49,399 nucleotides of DNA from an uncultured Clostridia bacterium (GCA_947176675.1 CAMWRN010000001.1:1-49399); one strand, 5' to 3'. Counted from the first letter of the stretch, positions 1 through 11,086 are shown. Made by a program: numbers and translations. Notes: a model not told the origin generated them from the letters alone.

Positions 1-168
1 TGTCAATACGGGATAGGTTTTAATTAGCTTTTTCGGAAAAAAATTTTATCAGCAAAGGTAAAGCTTTTCCATAAAGATATTTTTTACTTTTGCTTGATTC
101 TTTTTTTCTTTATTTGTTTTCTGTCTCGAAAAGTTTACAAAAACACGTTCTAAAATATGGCAAAACCC

Positions 169-197
169 TTGCAATCAATTGAAATTTATGCTATAAT
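169..197 (+). promoter_or_regulatory. Sigma-A type promoter upstream of dnaA
   Basis: TTGCAA (169-174), 17-nt spacer, TATAAT (192-197) preceded by TGc (extended -10). Confidence 0.5.
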
Positions 198-283
198 AAT
201 GTAGTATTTTATATTCGCTTTTCATGAACAAAAGAAAACTCAAAACGGGTCATCCCGTCCGTCTAAAAGGGGCAGATAAAAAA

Positions 284-1630
284 ATGAAATCCTTTGTCGA
301 AGTATTTGATAAGGTGCAGGAATACTGCATGGAAAAAATAGAACGCGGCGAGCTTACCGACGTTGCTTACCGCTTATGGATCAAATCCCTGATCCCTGTT
401 AAGCTGGACGGCGATGTTGCCTGTTTCTCCGTTCCCTCCGAATTTCAGGCTAACATTATTACAAAAAATTATACCGGTATCCTTAAAGAAGCTCTTGCGG
501 GCGTTCTGGGATTCGACGTTAATCTGAACATAACTGCGGACGATTCCGCTGCCGAAGAGGACGACGACCCAAACAAGCGCCGCATTGAGCTCGAAGAGTC
601 TTTTTCCAACGCCGAATACGACTATACCTTCGACACCTTTATCGTGGGACGTTCAAACGAATTTGCCTACGCAGCCTGCACCTCCGTTGCAAAAGAACCG
701 GGAAGCACTTACAATCCATTGTTTATACACGGCCCGTCGGGACTTGGCAAGACCCATCTTATGACTGCCATAAGCAACGAGATAAAGCGTCTTAATCCGT
801 CCATGAACATCATTTACGTTACGGGAGAGACCTTCACAAACGAGCTTATCGACGCTATCAAACAGAAAAAGGATACAAGCGAATTCCATAAAAAATACCG
901 CGGAGCTGATATTCTTCTCCTTGACGACGTTCAGTTCATCGCGGGAAAGGATTCGACCCAGGAAGAATTTTTCCACACCTTTAACGAGCTTCACAAGATA
1001 GGCAAGCAGATAGTGCTGACTTCCGACCGACCGCCAAAAGACATCAAAACTCTGGAGGACCGTATCCGCACACGCTTTGAGTGGGGACTTATTGCCGATA
1101 TTTCAATACCGGATTTTGAAACGAGAGTTGCTATTATCCGCCGGAAAGCCGAGCTTCTAAATCTTCAGCTTCCCGACGACGTTGCCGAATACATAGCCAA
1201 CAAGCTGAAAACCAATATCAGACAGCTTGAAGGCTGTGTGAAAAAGCTTAAAGCAGGTCAGCACCTTGTAGGTACTCCGCCTACAATGGCTCAGGCAAGG
1301 CTTGCGGTAATGGAGATACTTTCCGAGGAAAACTCCGCTCCCATCACCTTTGACAGAATACTGAACGAGGTTGGAAGCGTTTACGGCGTTACTGCCGAGG
1401 ATATTATTTCCAAAAAGCGAAGCGCACAAATATCCATTGCCAGAAAGGTAAGCTGCTATGTGCTGAAATCGGTTACGGATATGTCCTACAAGTCCATAGG
1501 AATGGAGCTCGGTGCGCGGGATCACAGCACCATAATTTATTACTGCGACGACATTGAAAAGCTTATGAAAAAGGATTCCCACGCGCGGGAAATGATAGAG
1601 GACATCATAAACAATATCAGAAGCAATTAG
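284..1630 (+). CDS. dnaA: Chromosomal replication initiator protein DnaA
   Basis: ORF 224-1630. Walker A GPSGLGKTHL, AAA+ core and C-terminal DNA-binding domain. ATG 284 (MKSFVEVF...) fits better than 224. Sits in dnaA-dnaN-recF-gyrB synteny. Confidence 0.95.
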   Translation: MKSFVEVFDKVQEYCMEKIERGELTDVAYRLWIKSLIPVKLDGDVACFSVPSEFQANIITKNYTGILKEALAGVLGFDVNLNITADDSAAEEDDDPNKRRIELEESFSNAEYDYTFDTFIVGRSNEFAYAACTSVAKEPGSTYNPLFIHGPSGLGKTHLMTAISNEIKRLNPSMNIIYVTGETFTNELIDAIKQKKDTSEFHKKYRGADILLLDDVQFIAGKDSTQEEFFHTFNELHKIGKQIVLTSDRPPKDIKTLEDRIRTRFEWGLIADISIPDFETRVAIIRRKAELLNLQLPDDVAEYIANKLKTNIRQLEGCVKKLKAGQHLVGTPPTMAQARLAVMEILSEENSAPITFDRILNEVGSVYGVTAEDIISKKRSAQISIARKVSCYVLKSVTDMSYKSIGMELGARDHSTIIYYCDDIEKLMKKDSHAREMIEDIINNIRSN

Positions 1631-1731
1631 CTTTCAACATTTTAAACTTTACACCGCAAAAGTGTCTGCCGTCCAACGTAAAAGCTTGGTTTGAAATGTA
1701 AAGTAAAAATTACAGTCTGTTTTAAACTAAG

Positions 1732-1764
1732 TTTTCCACAGGGTGTTGAAAACATTGTGGAAAA
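1732..1764. promoter_or_regulatory. Inverted pair of DnaA boxes (TTTTCCACA / TGTGGAAAA)
   Basis: 1732-1740 TTTTCCACA and 1756-1764 TGTGGAAAA both match TTWTNCACA. A TGTTGAAAA variant lies between them at 1744-1752. Confidence 0.75.
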
Positions 1765-1998
1765 CTGCAAACTGCCTTTTTATACTGTGTAAATCCGTTA
1801 CATTACTTTTTGTATAAAGTTGTTTTCAACATTTTGTTGATCCGCGAAGATTTCCACAAAATTTTCAAGATTTTTTCAACTAACGGGACAAGTATTCCAC
1901 CCGGCTTCAACATGGCAGAAAATGTATTCACTTTTCAACAAGTTTTCATTTTTCCGGTGTAGAATTTTAAAACAAAGCACAGAAAAGAAGAAAACGGG

Positions 1999-2016
1999 TT
2001 TCCAACATTTCCAACG
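1999..2016 (+). promoter_or_regulatory. Tandem direct DnaA-box-like repeats TTTCCAACA TTTCCAACG next to the GC cluster
   Basis: Two head-to-tail 9-mers, followed directly by CCCC and then a TAA-TAC-TAC trinucleotide run. Confidence 0.5.
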
Positions 2017-2247
2017 CCCCTAATACTACTGCTGTTTTATTTATTATCTTATCTTAAGAAAAGGACAAAAATCTCAGCAGAAGAAAAAAACTATGTGTAA
2101 AAAAATTCTCCGGTCCTTCAAGGCTGCGAGTTTCCAAATGGCAGAGTCCTTTGGTCTCTCCCCGCAGGGAGCAAAATCCTCTTTCGTGCTGTAACTTTGC
2201 CCATACAAAATTTAAGACAATTCAAAGAAAGGAATGTGAACCGTAAA

Positions 2248-3354
2248 ATGAAGTTCATATGCAAACAAGCTGAAATAAACGAGGCTCTGGCAAACGTTTC
2301 GAGAGCAGTTCCTCCGAAATCAACCATCTCCGCTCTGGAAGGCGTAAAGCTGTATCTTAACAGAAATATCCTCGAGCTGACGGGTTACGATCTTGAACTT
2401 GGTATCCAGACAAAAATAGAAGTGCAGTCCGAAGACGTGGGAGAGTGTATCCTCAACAGCAGACTCTTTAACGAGATAATAAGGAAAATGCCCTCCGAGA
2501 CCATTGAGGTAGAAGTAGACGGAAATCTTACTACTACTATCCGCGGCTCCAACGCCGAGTACAAGATTCTTGCAATGCCTGCGGACGAATACCCCTCAAT
2601 TCCCGATCACGATACCGGGGATAACTTTACAGTCCGTCAGCCTATGCTGAAAAATATGATAAACGAAACTATTTTTGCGGTCGCCGTTGCGGACAACAAG
2701 CCTATCCTTATGGGCGAGCTTTTTGATATTATGGATCATAACTTTAACCTTGTGGCTATAGACGGCTACCGTCTTGCAGTGCGTTCCGAAAATATCGAAT
2801 CGGATAATCACTACAATTTTGTCGTAAAGGCAAAGGCTTTGTCGGAAGTAGCCAAGCTTCTCAAGGATGACGAAAACGAAAGCGTTACGATGCATGTTTC
2901 CAAAAAGCATATTACTTTTGAAATAGGCAAGTATATGGTTCTTTCAAGACTGTTGGAGGGCGAATTCCATAACTACAAGGGTTCTATACCCGAAAAGCAC
3001 AGCACAGAGATAGTGATAAACGCAAGAGAGCTTATAGCTTGTCTGGACAGATGTATGCTTCTTATAAACGAAAAAGCAAAAGCTCCCGTTAAGTGCCTGT
3101 TTAAGGATGGTAAAGTCAAGATATCCTGCTCTTCCGTTTTAGGCAAGCTCAATGACGAAATGGAGGCGGATATGTCAGGTCCTTCCGTTGAAATAGGCTT
3201 TAACTGCCGGTATCTTCTGGAAGCCCTTAAAGCTTCCGAGTCTGACAAGGTAAGGCTTCAGCTCAACGGCGGACTTTCTCCCATGAAAATAGTTCCTATG
3301 GAGGGAAGCGCTTATACGTTCCTTGTTCTCCCAATGAGACTGAAATCAGAATAG
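2248..3354 (+). CDS. dnaN: DNA polymerase III beta sliding clamp
   Basis: ORF 2197-3354. Start at MKFICKQAEINEAL (ATG 2248). Typical DnaN length and motifs, and lies downstream of dnaA. Confidence 0.93.
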   Translation: MKFICKQAEINEALANVSRAVPPKSTISALEGVKLYLNRNILELTGYDLELGIQTKIEVQSEDVGECILNSRLFNEIIRKMPSETIEVEVDGNLTTTIRGSNAEYKILAMPADEYPSIPDHDTGDNFTVRQPMLKNMINETIFAVAVADNKPILMGELFDIMDHNFNLVAIDGYRLAVRSENIESDNHYNFVVKAKALSEVAKLLKDDENESVTMHVSKKHITFEIGKYMVLSRLLEGEFHNYKGSIPEKHSTEIVINARELIACLDRCMLLINEKAKAPVKCLFKDGKVKISCSSVLGKLNDEMEADMSGPSVEIGFNCRYLLEALKASESDKVRLQLNGGLSPMKIVPMEGSAYTFLVLPMRLKSE

Positions 3355-3401
3355 CGGGGAGCCTCCACAGTTCTTTATACGAAAAAGAGAGGTAAAATAA
3401 A

Positions 3402-3611
3402 TTGGACGAAAAAGTAAAGATCACCACTGAGTTTATTAAGCTTGACCAGCTTCTGAAATTTGCCGGAGCAGCCGCTATAGGCTCGGAAGCCAAGGAGCTT
3501 GTCCTTGACGGAAAGGTCATGGTAAACGGCGAGATATGCACCATGCGCGGAAAAAAAATACGAAGCGGCGATACCGTAACGGTAAACGGTCAGGATATCA
3601 CCGTCGAATAA
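3402..3611 (+). CDS. yaaA: S4-domain RNA-binding protein (YaaA/RlbA-like)
   Basis: 69 aa with a TTG start after AGAGAGG. S4-like sequence. Conserved position between dnaN and recF. Confidence 0.8.
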   Translation: MDEKVKITTEFIKLDQLLKFAGAAAIGSEAKELVLDGKVMVNGEICTMRGKKIRSGDTVTVNGQDITVE

Positions 3612-3635
3612 TTACTTCAGTAAAGGATCGAAAAT

Positions 3636-4763
3636 GTGGTTATTAACCGTGTTACAGCCGACGGGTACAAAAATCTCGAGGGAATAGATATCGAGCTTGA
3701 CCCGAAAATGAACATAATCTGCGGCGAGAACGCCCAAGGGAAAACCAATCTCGTTGAAGCTGTCTGGCTTTGCTCCGGCTGCCGTTCCTTTCGGGGAACG
3801 CGGGACAAAGACTTTATCGGATTTGTCAAGGATGCTGCAAAGGTCGGTATGGATTTTACCGATTCGGTGAGAAAGCAGCGGATAGAATTTGAGGTAAGGC
3901 GGGGTTCGGTAAAGGATAAGATTGTAACCCTCAACGGCGTAAAGCTTCCGCTTTTGTCAAAGCTTTTCGGCTGCTTCAGATGCGTGGTATTTACTCCCGA
4001 AGATCTTAACCTGATAAAAGGTTCTCCCGACAACCGCAGAAGCTTTGCGGATCTTTCCATTGCACAGATCAAACCCTCTTACGTCAGCGCTCTTAATAAA
4101 TACAACATGATACTTGCTCAGAGAAACGCAGCGTTAAAGTCCGTGGGTCGTGACGGTTCGGGCGCGGAGTTTCTTGATGTATGGAATGAACAGCTTATTA
4201 AGGCAGGGACTTATATTTCTGTTTTAAGATACGCTTTTTGTATAACTTTGAATAATTATACCAAACCTCTCTATAGTTCGATAACAAACGGAATTGAGGA
4301 TATGGATATATATTATCAGTCTACTGTTTTTGAAAAGTTTGACGGACGTTTGAACAACACAGAAGAGCTCGAAGATGAATATGCGGAAAAGCTTAAAGCT
4401 TCTGCGGAAAACGATCTCAGGGCAGGCTTCACGACGGTGGGAGTTCACCGCGACGATATAGGAGCTTATATTAACGGTCTTTCCGTTCGGGAATTCGGTT
4501 CTCAGGGACAGGCGAGATCGGCAGCCTTGGCAATGAAGCTTGCTCACGCAAAGATACTGAAAGCGGAACAGGGAGAATATCCGGTAATGCTTCTTGACGA
4601 CGTTCTGTCCGAGCTTGACGAAAAAAGACGAAGGTTCATTCTGAACAACATCGAGGATATGCAGGTCATAATAACCTGCTGTGATGAGAAGTCAGTGACC
4701 GATATGGCAAGCGGAAAAATATTCAGAATGGAAAAGGGCAGAACTGATATTTTCGATAACTAA
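3636..4763 (+). CDS. recF: DNA replication/repair protein RecF
   Basis: GTG start after AAAGGA. Walker A GENAQGKTN and signature/Walker B ...LLDDVLSELD. Confidence 0.93.
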   Translation: MVINRVTADGYKNLEGIDIELDPKMNIICGENAQGKTNLVEAVWLCSGCRSFRGTRDKDFIGFVKDAAKVGMDFTDSVRKQRIEFEVRRGSVKDKIVTLNGVKLPLLSKLFGCFRCVVFTPEDLNLIKGSPDNRRSFADLSIAQIKPSYVSALNKYNMILAQRNAALKSVGRDGSGAEFLDVWNEQLIKAGTYISVLRYAFCITLNNYTKPLYSSITNGIEDMDIYYQSTVFEKFDGRLNNTEELEDEYAEKLKASAENDLRAGFTTVGVHRDDIGAYINGLSVREFGSQGQARSAALAMKLAHAKILKAEQGEYPVMLLDDVLSELDEKRRRFILNNIEDMQVIITCCDEKSVTDMASGKIFRMEKGRTDIFDN

Positions 4764-4793
4764 TAAATTACTAAAGATAAGGCAGGCGGTAAA

Positions 4794-5063
4794 ATGTATC
4801 TTCATCTCGGCGAGGATACCGCGGTCAGAGCGGACGGTATCATAGGTATTTTTGATATTGAAAATACTTCTGTAAGCAAGCATACAAAAGAGTTTCTTGC
4901 CGCCGCGGGAAAAAGCGGACAGGTAAAAAATGTAAGCTACGATATGCCGAAGTCGTTTATTGTCTGCTCGGAAAAAGGCGTTAAGACGGTTTATATTTCG
5001 CCTATTTCGGCGGCTACACTGAAAAAGCGCGGTAAGGCGGGATTTCCGTCGGCAAGGTATTGA
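4794..5063 (+). CDS. remB: DUF370 protein (RemB/YaaB-like)
   Basis: 89 aa, [11 protein letters not shown]...IIGIFD motif. Conserved slot between recF and gyrB. Confidence 0.75.
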   Translation: MYLHLGEDTAVRADGIIGIFDIENTSVSKHTKEFLAAAGKSGQVKNVSYDMPKSFIVCSEKGVKTVYISPISAATLKKRGKAGFPSARY

Positions 5064-5122
5064 ATTTTTTATACTTAATTTTATTTTATAGACACGGCGC
5101 AATATTGTTTGGAGGTAAAACA

Positions 5123-7069
5123 ATGTCTGATATCCTTAACGAAACTCAAAGCTACGACGAAAATCAAATACAGGTTCTGGAGGGTCTGGAAGCTGTTAGG
5201 AAACGCCCCGGAATGTATATCGGTTCCACAGGTCCGAAAGGTTTGCATCACCTTGTTTACGAGATCGTGGACAACGCTATCGACGAGGCTTTGGCAGGAT
5301 ACTGCTCGCAGATAACAGTTGATATTCTGGAAGGAGACGTTATTCGCGTTTCCGACAACGGAAGAGGTATTCCTACCGGTATCCACCCCAAGGAAGGCAT
5401 CTCTGCGGCTACGGTTGTTTATACCATTCTCCATGCGGGCGGAAAGTTCGGCGGAGGCGGTTATAAGGTTGCGGGAGGTCTCCACGGCGTCGGAGCGTCT
5501 GTTGTAAACGCTCTTTCCGAATGGCTGGAGCTTACTGTTAAGGACGGTAAAAATGTACACTTTCAGCGTTTCCATAACGGCGGTCAGTATGACGAGCCTA
5601 TGAAGATCACCGGTGAGACAACCGAAACGGGTACTACAGTAATGTTTAAAGCTGATCCGTCAATATTTGAAGAAACTACGGTTTACGACTATGAAGTGCT
5701 TTTGAAAAGACTTCGTGAGCAAGCCTTTCTAAACGCCGGAGTAAAGATAGTTTTCTCCGATATGAGAAATCCTGCCGAGCCTGTTTCCGAGACGCTTCAC
5801 TATGAGGGCGGTATCAGGCAGTTCGTCGAGCATATCCACAAGACCAGAGGTCTTGAGCCTTTAGCCGAGGAAGTAATTTATGTCAGCGGAGTTCATGGGG
5901 ATTCCACTGCGGAAGTAGCTCTTATGTACAACGACAGCTACAACGAGCTTATCTTGTCCTTTGCAAACAATATTCATACCATTGACGGCGGTACTCACGA
6001 GAACGGCTTTAAGAATGCGCTGACTAAGGTTATAAACGATTACGGAAAAAAATTCAATCTTCTTAAAGACGGCGATAAGCTTTTGGGCGACGACGTTCGT
6101 GAGGGTATTACGGCGATTGTTTCCGTAAAGCTTACCGACTGCGAATTTGAGGGACAGACCAAGGGCAGACTTGGCAATCCCGAAGTGCGTCCTTTTGTGG
6201 AAAGCATGGTTTGCGAAAAGCTTATGTGCTACCTTGAGGAAAATCCTGCTGTGGCACGCTCTATATTTGACAAGTCTCAGGCTGCGCAGCGTGCGAGAGA
6301 AGCCGCTAAAAAAGCCCGTGAAACAGCACGCCGCAAGTCGGCTATGGAATCCGCTTCTCTTCCCGGAAAGCTTTCGGACTGTTCCGAAAAGGACGTTCAG
6401 TATACCGAGATCTATATCGTCGAGGGAGACTCTGCGGGAGGCTCCGCAAAGCAGGGCAGAGACAGGCGTTATCAGGCTATCCTGCCGCTTTGGGGAAAAA
6501 TGCTCAACGTTGAAAAAGCACGCATCGACAAGGTTTACGGCAATGAAAAGCTTATGCCGGTGGTGACGGCTTTGGGTACCTCTATCGGCGAGGATTTTGA
6601 CATTAGTAAGCTTCGTTACGGTAAAGTAATAATAATGGCGGATGCCGATGTTGACGGCTGCCATATCAGAACACTTCTGCTGACTTTCTTTTTCAGATTC
6701 ATGCGTCCGCTTATCACAAACGGAAATGTTTATATCGCACAGCCTCCGCTTTTTAAGGTAAGCAAAGGCTCAAAGCAGGTGAGATACGCTTATTCCGATG
6801 ATGAAAGAGATAAATATATCTCCGAGCTTAAAGGCAATAACGAGAATGCCAAAATAGACGTTCAGCGCTATAAGGGTCTCGGTGAGATGGATCCCGAACA
6901 GCTTTGGGAGACAACTATGGATCCGGAAACAAGAACCATGCTCAGAGTTACTATGGAGGACGCTGTAAAGGCGGACGAGATTTTCACAATCCTTATGGGC
7001 GACAAGGTATTGCCGCGGCGTGAGTTTATCGAGAAAAACGCTAAGTATGTGGAATCACTTGATGTATAA
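5123..7069 (+). CDS. gyrB: DNA gyrase subunit B
   Basis: ORF 5060-7069. GGAGGT SD then ATG 5123 ([34 protein letters not shown]). GHKL and TOPRIM motifs. Confidence 0.97.
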   Translation: MSDILNETQSYDENQIQVLEGLEAVRKRPGMYIGSTGPKGLHHLVYEIVDNAIDEALAGYCSQITVDILEGDVIRVSDNGRGIPTGIHPKEGISAATVVYTILHAGGKFGGGGYKVAGGLHGVGASVVNALSEWLELTVKDGKNVHFQRFHNGGQYDEPMKITGETTETGTTVMFKADPSIFEETTVYDYEVLLKRLREQAFLNAGVKIVFSDMRNPAEPVSETLHYEGGIRQFVEHIHKTRGLEPLAEEVIYVSGVHGDSTAEVALMYNDSYNELILSFANNIHTIDGGTHENGFKNALTKVINDYGKKFNLLKDGDKLLGDDVREGITAIVSVKLTDCEFEGQTKGRLGNPEVRPFVESMVCEKLMCYLEENPAVARSIFDKSQAAQRAREAAKKARETARRKSAMESASLPGKLSDCSEKDVQYTEIYIVEGDSAGGSAKQGRDRRYQAILPLWGKMLNVEKARIDKVYGNEKLMPVVTALGTSIGEDFDISKLRYGKVIIMADADVDGCHIRTLLLTFFFRFMRPLITNGNVYIAQPPLFKVSKGSKQVRYAYSDDERDKYISELKGNNENAKIDVQRYKGLGEMDPEQLWETTMDPETRTMLRVTMEDAVKADEIFTILMGDKVLPRREFIEKNAKYVESLDV

Positions 7070-7130
7070 AATTGACAAAATTTTAGAGGGCCGGAAAATC
7101 AGTCCCTAACATATATTGAAAGGAAACGCT

Positions 7131-7811
7131 ATGGGAATATTAAACGAAATGTTCGGAGACGGCGACAGCGGACAGCTTTCCGCTCCCGAAGGAGAGCTTC
7201 TTGCAGAGGGAGAGTACGAGAGCAATGCCGAAGAGATACTGAAAGGCTATAAGGTCTATCAGAAAAAATATGTATTCAGATCGCTGATATGGAAAATTCT
7301 TTTAGTTCTTTTGGCGATGACCTCTTCGGTGATGATGATAATGACCTCCGAAGATCCGGTTATGCCTGCAATGTGCCTTATGATAAGCATTGCTGTGGGA
7401 ATATGGTTTATAAGTACTCCTGTATCTAACAGAAAAAAGCTTATGAGGGGTCTTGACTCCATGGAAGGGACACTCTATAAGGCTGAATTTTTTACCGATA
7501 AAATAAAGATTTCCACGTGTGTTGATGATAATGTGGAAAACGAAAATATTCCGGAAGAATCAGAACAAACTGAACAAACCGAACAGTCGGAAGCAGATAT
7601 GGCTCTTGACGGAGAAAAAGAGGAAATCCCTGCAACGGTTATTCACTTGGATTCTCCGATAGTCGATCTTATTGACAAGGAAGATATGTTTATTCTTGTG
7701 GTGAAAAAATCGTATGTATTTATTATTCCGAAAAAAGCCTTTGGCAGTGAAGAATGTCAAAAGGTTCGTGAAAAGCTTTCGGTTATAATGGGAATAAGAT
7801 ACAAGCTTTAA
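7131..7811 (+). CDS. YcxB-like two-TM membrane protein (hypothetical)
   Basis: AAAGGA SD then ATG 7131. Two hydrophobic helices, an acidic EQTEQTEQSE tract, and a C-terminal ...FILVVKKSYVFIIPKKAF... that resembles the YcxB family by memory only. Confidence 0.4.
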   Translation: MGILNEMFGDGDSGQLSAPEGELLAEGEYESNAEEILKGYKVYQKKYVFRSLIWKILLVLLAMTSSVMMIMTSEDPVMPAMCLMISIAVGIWFISTPVSNRKKLMRGLDSMEGTLYKAEFFTDKIKISTCVDDNVENENIPEESEQTEQTEQSEADMALDGEKEEIPATVIHLDSPIVDLIDKEDMFILVVKKSYVFIIPKKAFGSEECQKVREKLSVIMGIRYKL

Positions 7812-7883
7812 GTTTTTCAAGTACGGTATTCAGTATTACAGTTACAGTAAACAAAAATTTAGCAGATCAGCTAAAGTCAGGAG

Positions 7884-10469
7884 TTGTTAATTTTGTATAA
7901 CGACGAAAATTCAAAGGTAATTCAGGTCGATATCGAAAACGAAATGAAAAAATCGTTTCTGGAATATTCAATGTCGGTAATTGTTGCAAGAGCTTTGCCC
8001 GACGTTCGAGACGGTCTGAAGCCAGTTCACAGGCGTATCATCTACACCATGAACGACGCGGGAAACACTGCCGAAAAGCCTTACCGAAAGTGCGCCTACA
8101 CTGTCGGCGAGGTTCTTGGTAAATATCACCCCCACGGAGACGCTTCGGTTTACGACGCTCTTGTGCGCCTTGCTCAGCCGTTTTCTTTAAGGTATCCGCT
8201 TGTTGACGGTCACGGAAACTTCGGTTCTATGGACGGAGATCCTCCGGCAGCTTACCGTTATACCGAGGCAAGAATGGCTAAAATGGCAGGAGAAATGCTT
8301 GCGGACATCGGCAAGGACACGATACCTTATCAGTCAAACTATGACGATACTCACAAAGAACCCGAAGTTCTGCCGTCAAGGTTTCCCAACGTTTTGGTAA
8401 ACGGTTCGGTTGGTATTGCCGTAGGTATGGCTACCAATATCCCACCGCATAACCTTAACGAGGCTGTAGGCGCTATTCAGTCCATGATAAAAAATCCCGA
8501 CATAACAGTTGAGGAGCTTATGGAGCATGTCAAGGGACCCGATTTCCCCACAGGCGGTATTATTATGGGACGGGCAGGTATCCGTTCAGCATACGCTACG
8601 GGAAAGGGAAAGATAACTCTCCGCGCACGTGCCGAGATAGAGGAAATAAAAGGCAGACAGTGTATTATTGTTACGGAAATTCCTTACATGGTAAACAAGG
8701 CTACTCTTGTGGAAAGAATAGCTTTTCTTGCAAAGGAAAAGCGTGTTGACGGAATCCACTTTGTCCGCGACGAATCGGATAAAGAGCATGCGGTAAGAAT
8801 TGTTGTGGAGCTTAAAAAGGACGCTGTTCCGCAGATAGTTCTCAACAAACTTTACGCTTATACCGACCTCCAGAATACAGTCGGAGTAAATATGTTGGCC
8901 CTTGTACGCGGCGAGCCTAAGGTTCTGACTTTAAAGCAGATGCTTCATGAGTATATCGAATTTCAGGTTGAGGTTATCCGCCGCCGAACCGAGTTCGACC
9001 TCCGCAAGGCAAAGGAGCGCGCTCACATTTTAGAGGGCTTGATGATAGCGGTGGACAACATTGAGGAAGTTGTTAAGATATGCCGTACATCAAAGGACGC
9101 TGCGGAAATAAAATCCCGCCTTATTGAGCGGTTCGGTATCAGCGAGGCTCAGGCGGACGCTATAGCTCAGATGAGACTTGTTCAGCTCTCAGGTCTGGAA
9201 CGTCAGAAGCTTGAGGAAGAGCTTGCGGCTCTTCATGAAAAGATAAAGGAATTCACCGAGATACTTGCAAGTCATGAAAAAATGATGGGAATTGTTTCGG
9301 ACGAGCTTGAAATCATCAAAAACAAATTCGGCGACGCGAGAAGAACTTCTATAGAAAACATTACCGGAGAAGTGGACGTTGAGGATCTTATTCCCGAAGA
9401 AAACTGCGTTGTTACCTATACCAATATCGGCTATATCAAACGTCAGCCCGTAAGCGTCTATAAAATTCAGAATCGCGGCGGCAAGGGTGTTTCGGGTATG
9501 AAACAGCGCGAAGAAGATTACGTTGAGGAAATGTTTATCAGTTCCACTCACGATAACGTGCTGTTCATTACCAACAAGGGAAATATGTACAAGCTGAAAT
9601 GCTTTGAGATTCCCGAGGGATCGAAGCAGTCCAGAGGTCTTAACATTGTCAATATGCTTCCTCTCGGCGAGGGTGAAAAGCTTGCGGCAATGATAAAGAC
9701 CGAGGACTTTAACGAGGGTAAGTACCTTATTATGGTAACGAAAAACGGTAAGATCAAACGTACCTCCTTGAACGCCTATAAGAACGTCCGCAAAAATGGT
9801 CTTATTGCGATAGGTCTTGACGAGGGCGACGAGATAGCGGGAGTTCGTCTTACCGACGGAAACGCTCAGGTGATAGTTGCAACAAAAATGGGTATGGCTA
9901 TCAGGATCGAGGAGAAAAATATCCGCGCTATGTCCCGTTCTGCTCATGGTGTAAAGGCTATTAAGCTTCGCAGCGGCGACAGTGTTGTTTCCATTGCAAG
10001 AGTCCGTGAGGGAGCGTCTGTCCTTACCGTTACCGACAAGGGCAACGGCAGACGTGTAGAGCTGGACTCATACCGTATCCAAAACAGAGGCGGCTTCGGA
10101 CTGCTTAACTATAAGACCTCTGAGGAAAAGGGTTATGTCTGCGGTATAAAGGTAGTCGACGAAGAGGATGATATCATTATGATATCAAGCGACGGTGTAA
10201 TAATCCGTATCCGCGCAAAGGATATACGCGTTATGGGACGTTACGCAACCGGAGTTCGTTTGATGAGAGTTTCGGGAGATGTTAAGGTTGTCTCGTTCAC
10301 AAGAGCGGAGCACGATGACGAAGCCGAAACTGCCGTTGTTGAAGAACCTTCCGCAGAGGAGCTTGAAGCCGAGATGGCAGAAGCTGCAAAGGCGGAATCA
10401 TCCGAGGTCATAACCGATGAAGAACCCGACGACGCAGATGAAGCAGAAAAAACTGATAACGAAGAATAA
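7884..10469 (+). CDS. gyrA: DNA gyrase subunit A
   Basis: Catalytic region ...[10 protein letters not shown]... and beta-pinwheel repeats, with an acidic C-terminal tail. Start is uncertain: TTG 7884, or TTG 7893 which is better spaced from AGGAG. Confidence 0.96.
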   Translation: MLILYNDENSKVIQVDIENEMKKSFLEYSMSVIVARALPDVRDGLKPVHRRIIYTMNDAGNTAEKPYRKCAYTVGEVLGKYHPHGDASVYDALVRLAQPFSLRYPLVDGHGNFGSMDGDPPAAYRYTEARMAKMAGEMLADIGKDTIPYQSNYDDTHKEPEVLPSRFPNVLVNGSVGIAVGMATNIPPHNLNEAVGAIQSMIKNPDITVEELMEHVKGPDFPTGGIIMGRAGIRSAYATGKGKITLRARAEIEEIKGRQCIIVTEIPYMVNKATLVERIAFLAKEKRVDGIHFVRDESDKEHAVRIVVELKKDAVPQIVLNKLYAYTDLQNTVGVNMLALVRGEPKVLTLKQMLHEYIEFQVEVIRRRTEFDLRKAKERAHILEGLMIAVDNIEEVVKICRTSKDAAEIKSRLIERFGISEAQADAIAQMRLVQLSGLERQKLEEELAALHEKIKEFTEILASHEKMMGIVSDELEIIKNKFGDARRTSIENITGEVDVEDLIPEENCVVTYTNIGYIKRQPVSVYKIQNRGGKGVSGMKQREEDYVEEMFISSTHDNVLFITNKGNMYKLKCFEIPEGSKQSRGLNIVNMLPLGEGEKLAAMIKTEDFNEGKYLIMVTKNGKIKRTSLNAYKNVRKNGLIAIGLDEGDEIAGVRLTDGNAQVIVATKMGMAIRIEEKNIRAMSRSAHGVKAIKLRSGDSVVSIARVREGASVLTVTDKGNGRRVELDSYRIQNRGGFGLLNYKTSEEKGYVCGIKVVDEEDDIIMISSDGVIIRIRAKDIRVMGRYATGVRLMRVSGDVKVVSFTRAEHDDEAETAVVEEPSAEELEAEMAEAAKAESSEVITDEEPDDADEAEKTDNEE

Positions 10470-10476
10470 AAAATAT

Positions 10477-10500
10477 CTCCCGCCTATTAAATGGCGGGAG
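10477..10500 (+). terminator. Stem-loop terminator after gyrA
   Basis: CTCCCGCC-N8-GGCGGGAG, with a weak T-tract after it. Confidence 0.5.
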
Positions 10501-10525
10501 AATTCTTAATATTTAGAAAGGAAAA

Positions 10526-11032
10526 ATGCGTATGAACAAGCTGTGTTCCATGCTGAAAAAGCAAGTTATGCCGAATTTTATCAACCTTGAAACAGCAATA
10601 AAAACTTATGACAGAAATGCACTTGTTTGCGGCTCCCCCGCTTGGAGGTATGTTTATCACACAATTCATTCGGCTGATAAATGGTTTTTCAACCCATTTA
10701 TCTTTGATGAACCGTCTTTCCACAGGGACGGCATGGATAATCCCGACAACCCATGCGATATTATTCTTACTGATAATGATTTGTTGGAATACCTTGAAAA
10801 AGTCCGCGACAAAACTTTGGACTATATTGATTCCCTTACTGATGAAATGCTGCTTGAATGTCCAGAAAATTGTACCTACGCACGGTTTGAGCTTGCACTT
10901 ATGCAGTTCAGACATATCTCTCTGCATATTGGTATGCTGAACGCTCTTACTATTGAAAGGACCGGGAGATTTCCTCTGACTGTAGGCGCGAACGGATATG
11001 ACAGACTGAAAAACGGGCTTTTTGACGAATGA
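10526..11032 (+). CDS. DinB-superfamily-like protein (hypothetical)
   Basis: 168 aa. Conserved His positions (HTIHSADKW..., ...FRHISLHIGML) suggest a DinB/YfiT-type helical bundle. Weak recognition only. Confidence 0.35.
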   Translation: MRMNKLCSMLKKQVMPNFINLETAIKTYDRNALVCGSPAWRYVYHTIHSADKWFFNPFIFDEPSFHRDGMDNPDNPCDIILTDNDLLEYLEKVRDKTLDYIDSLTDEMLLECPENCTYARFELALMQFRHISLHIGMLNALTIERTGRFPLTVGANGYDRLKNGLFDE

Positions 11033-11086
11033 GGATATATCTTTACTTGATTTCTGCACGAAATATCCAAAATTTTCGGAAAACCG

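Larger units (their letters stand above)
1631..2065. other. oriC (dnaA-dnaN intergenic): DnaA-box cluster, GC cluster, trinucleotide run, AT-rich unwinding stretch
   Basis: 617-bp non-coding gap. TTTTCCACA-type boxes at 1732, 1756(rc) and 1850. At least 7 TTTTCAACA/TTTCCAACA variants. CCCC at 2017-2020, then TAATACTACTGCTG, then TTTTATTTATTATCTTATCTTAAG. Confidence 0.8.

Noticed and set aside
7509-7524. parS half-site ATTTCCACGTGTGTTG inside the YcxB-like gene, and TGTTTCACGTCAAGAT at 23804-23819
   Set aside because: Only one half matches, with 4 or more mismatches across the 16-mer. These are likely chance occurrences.
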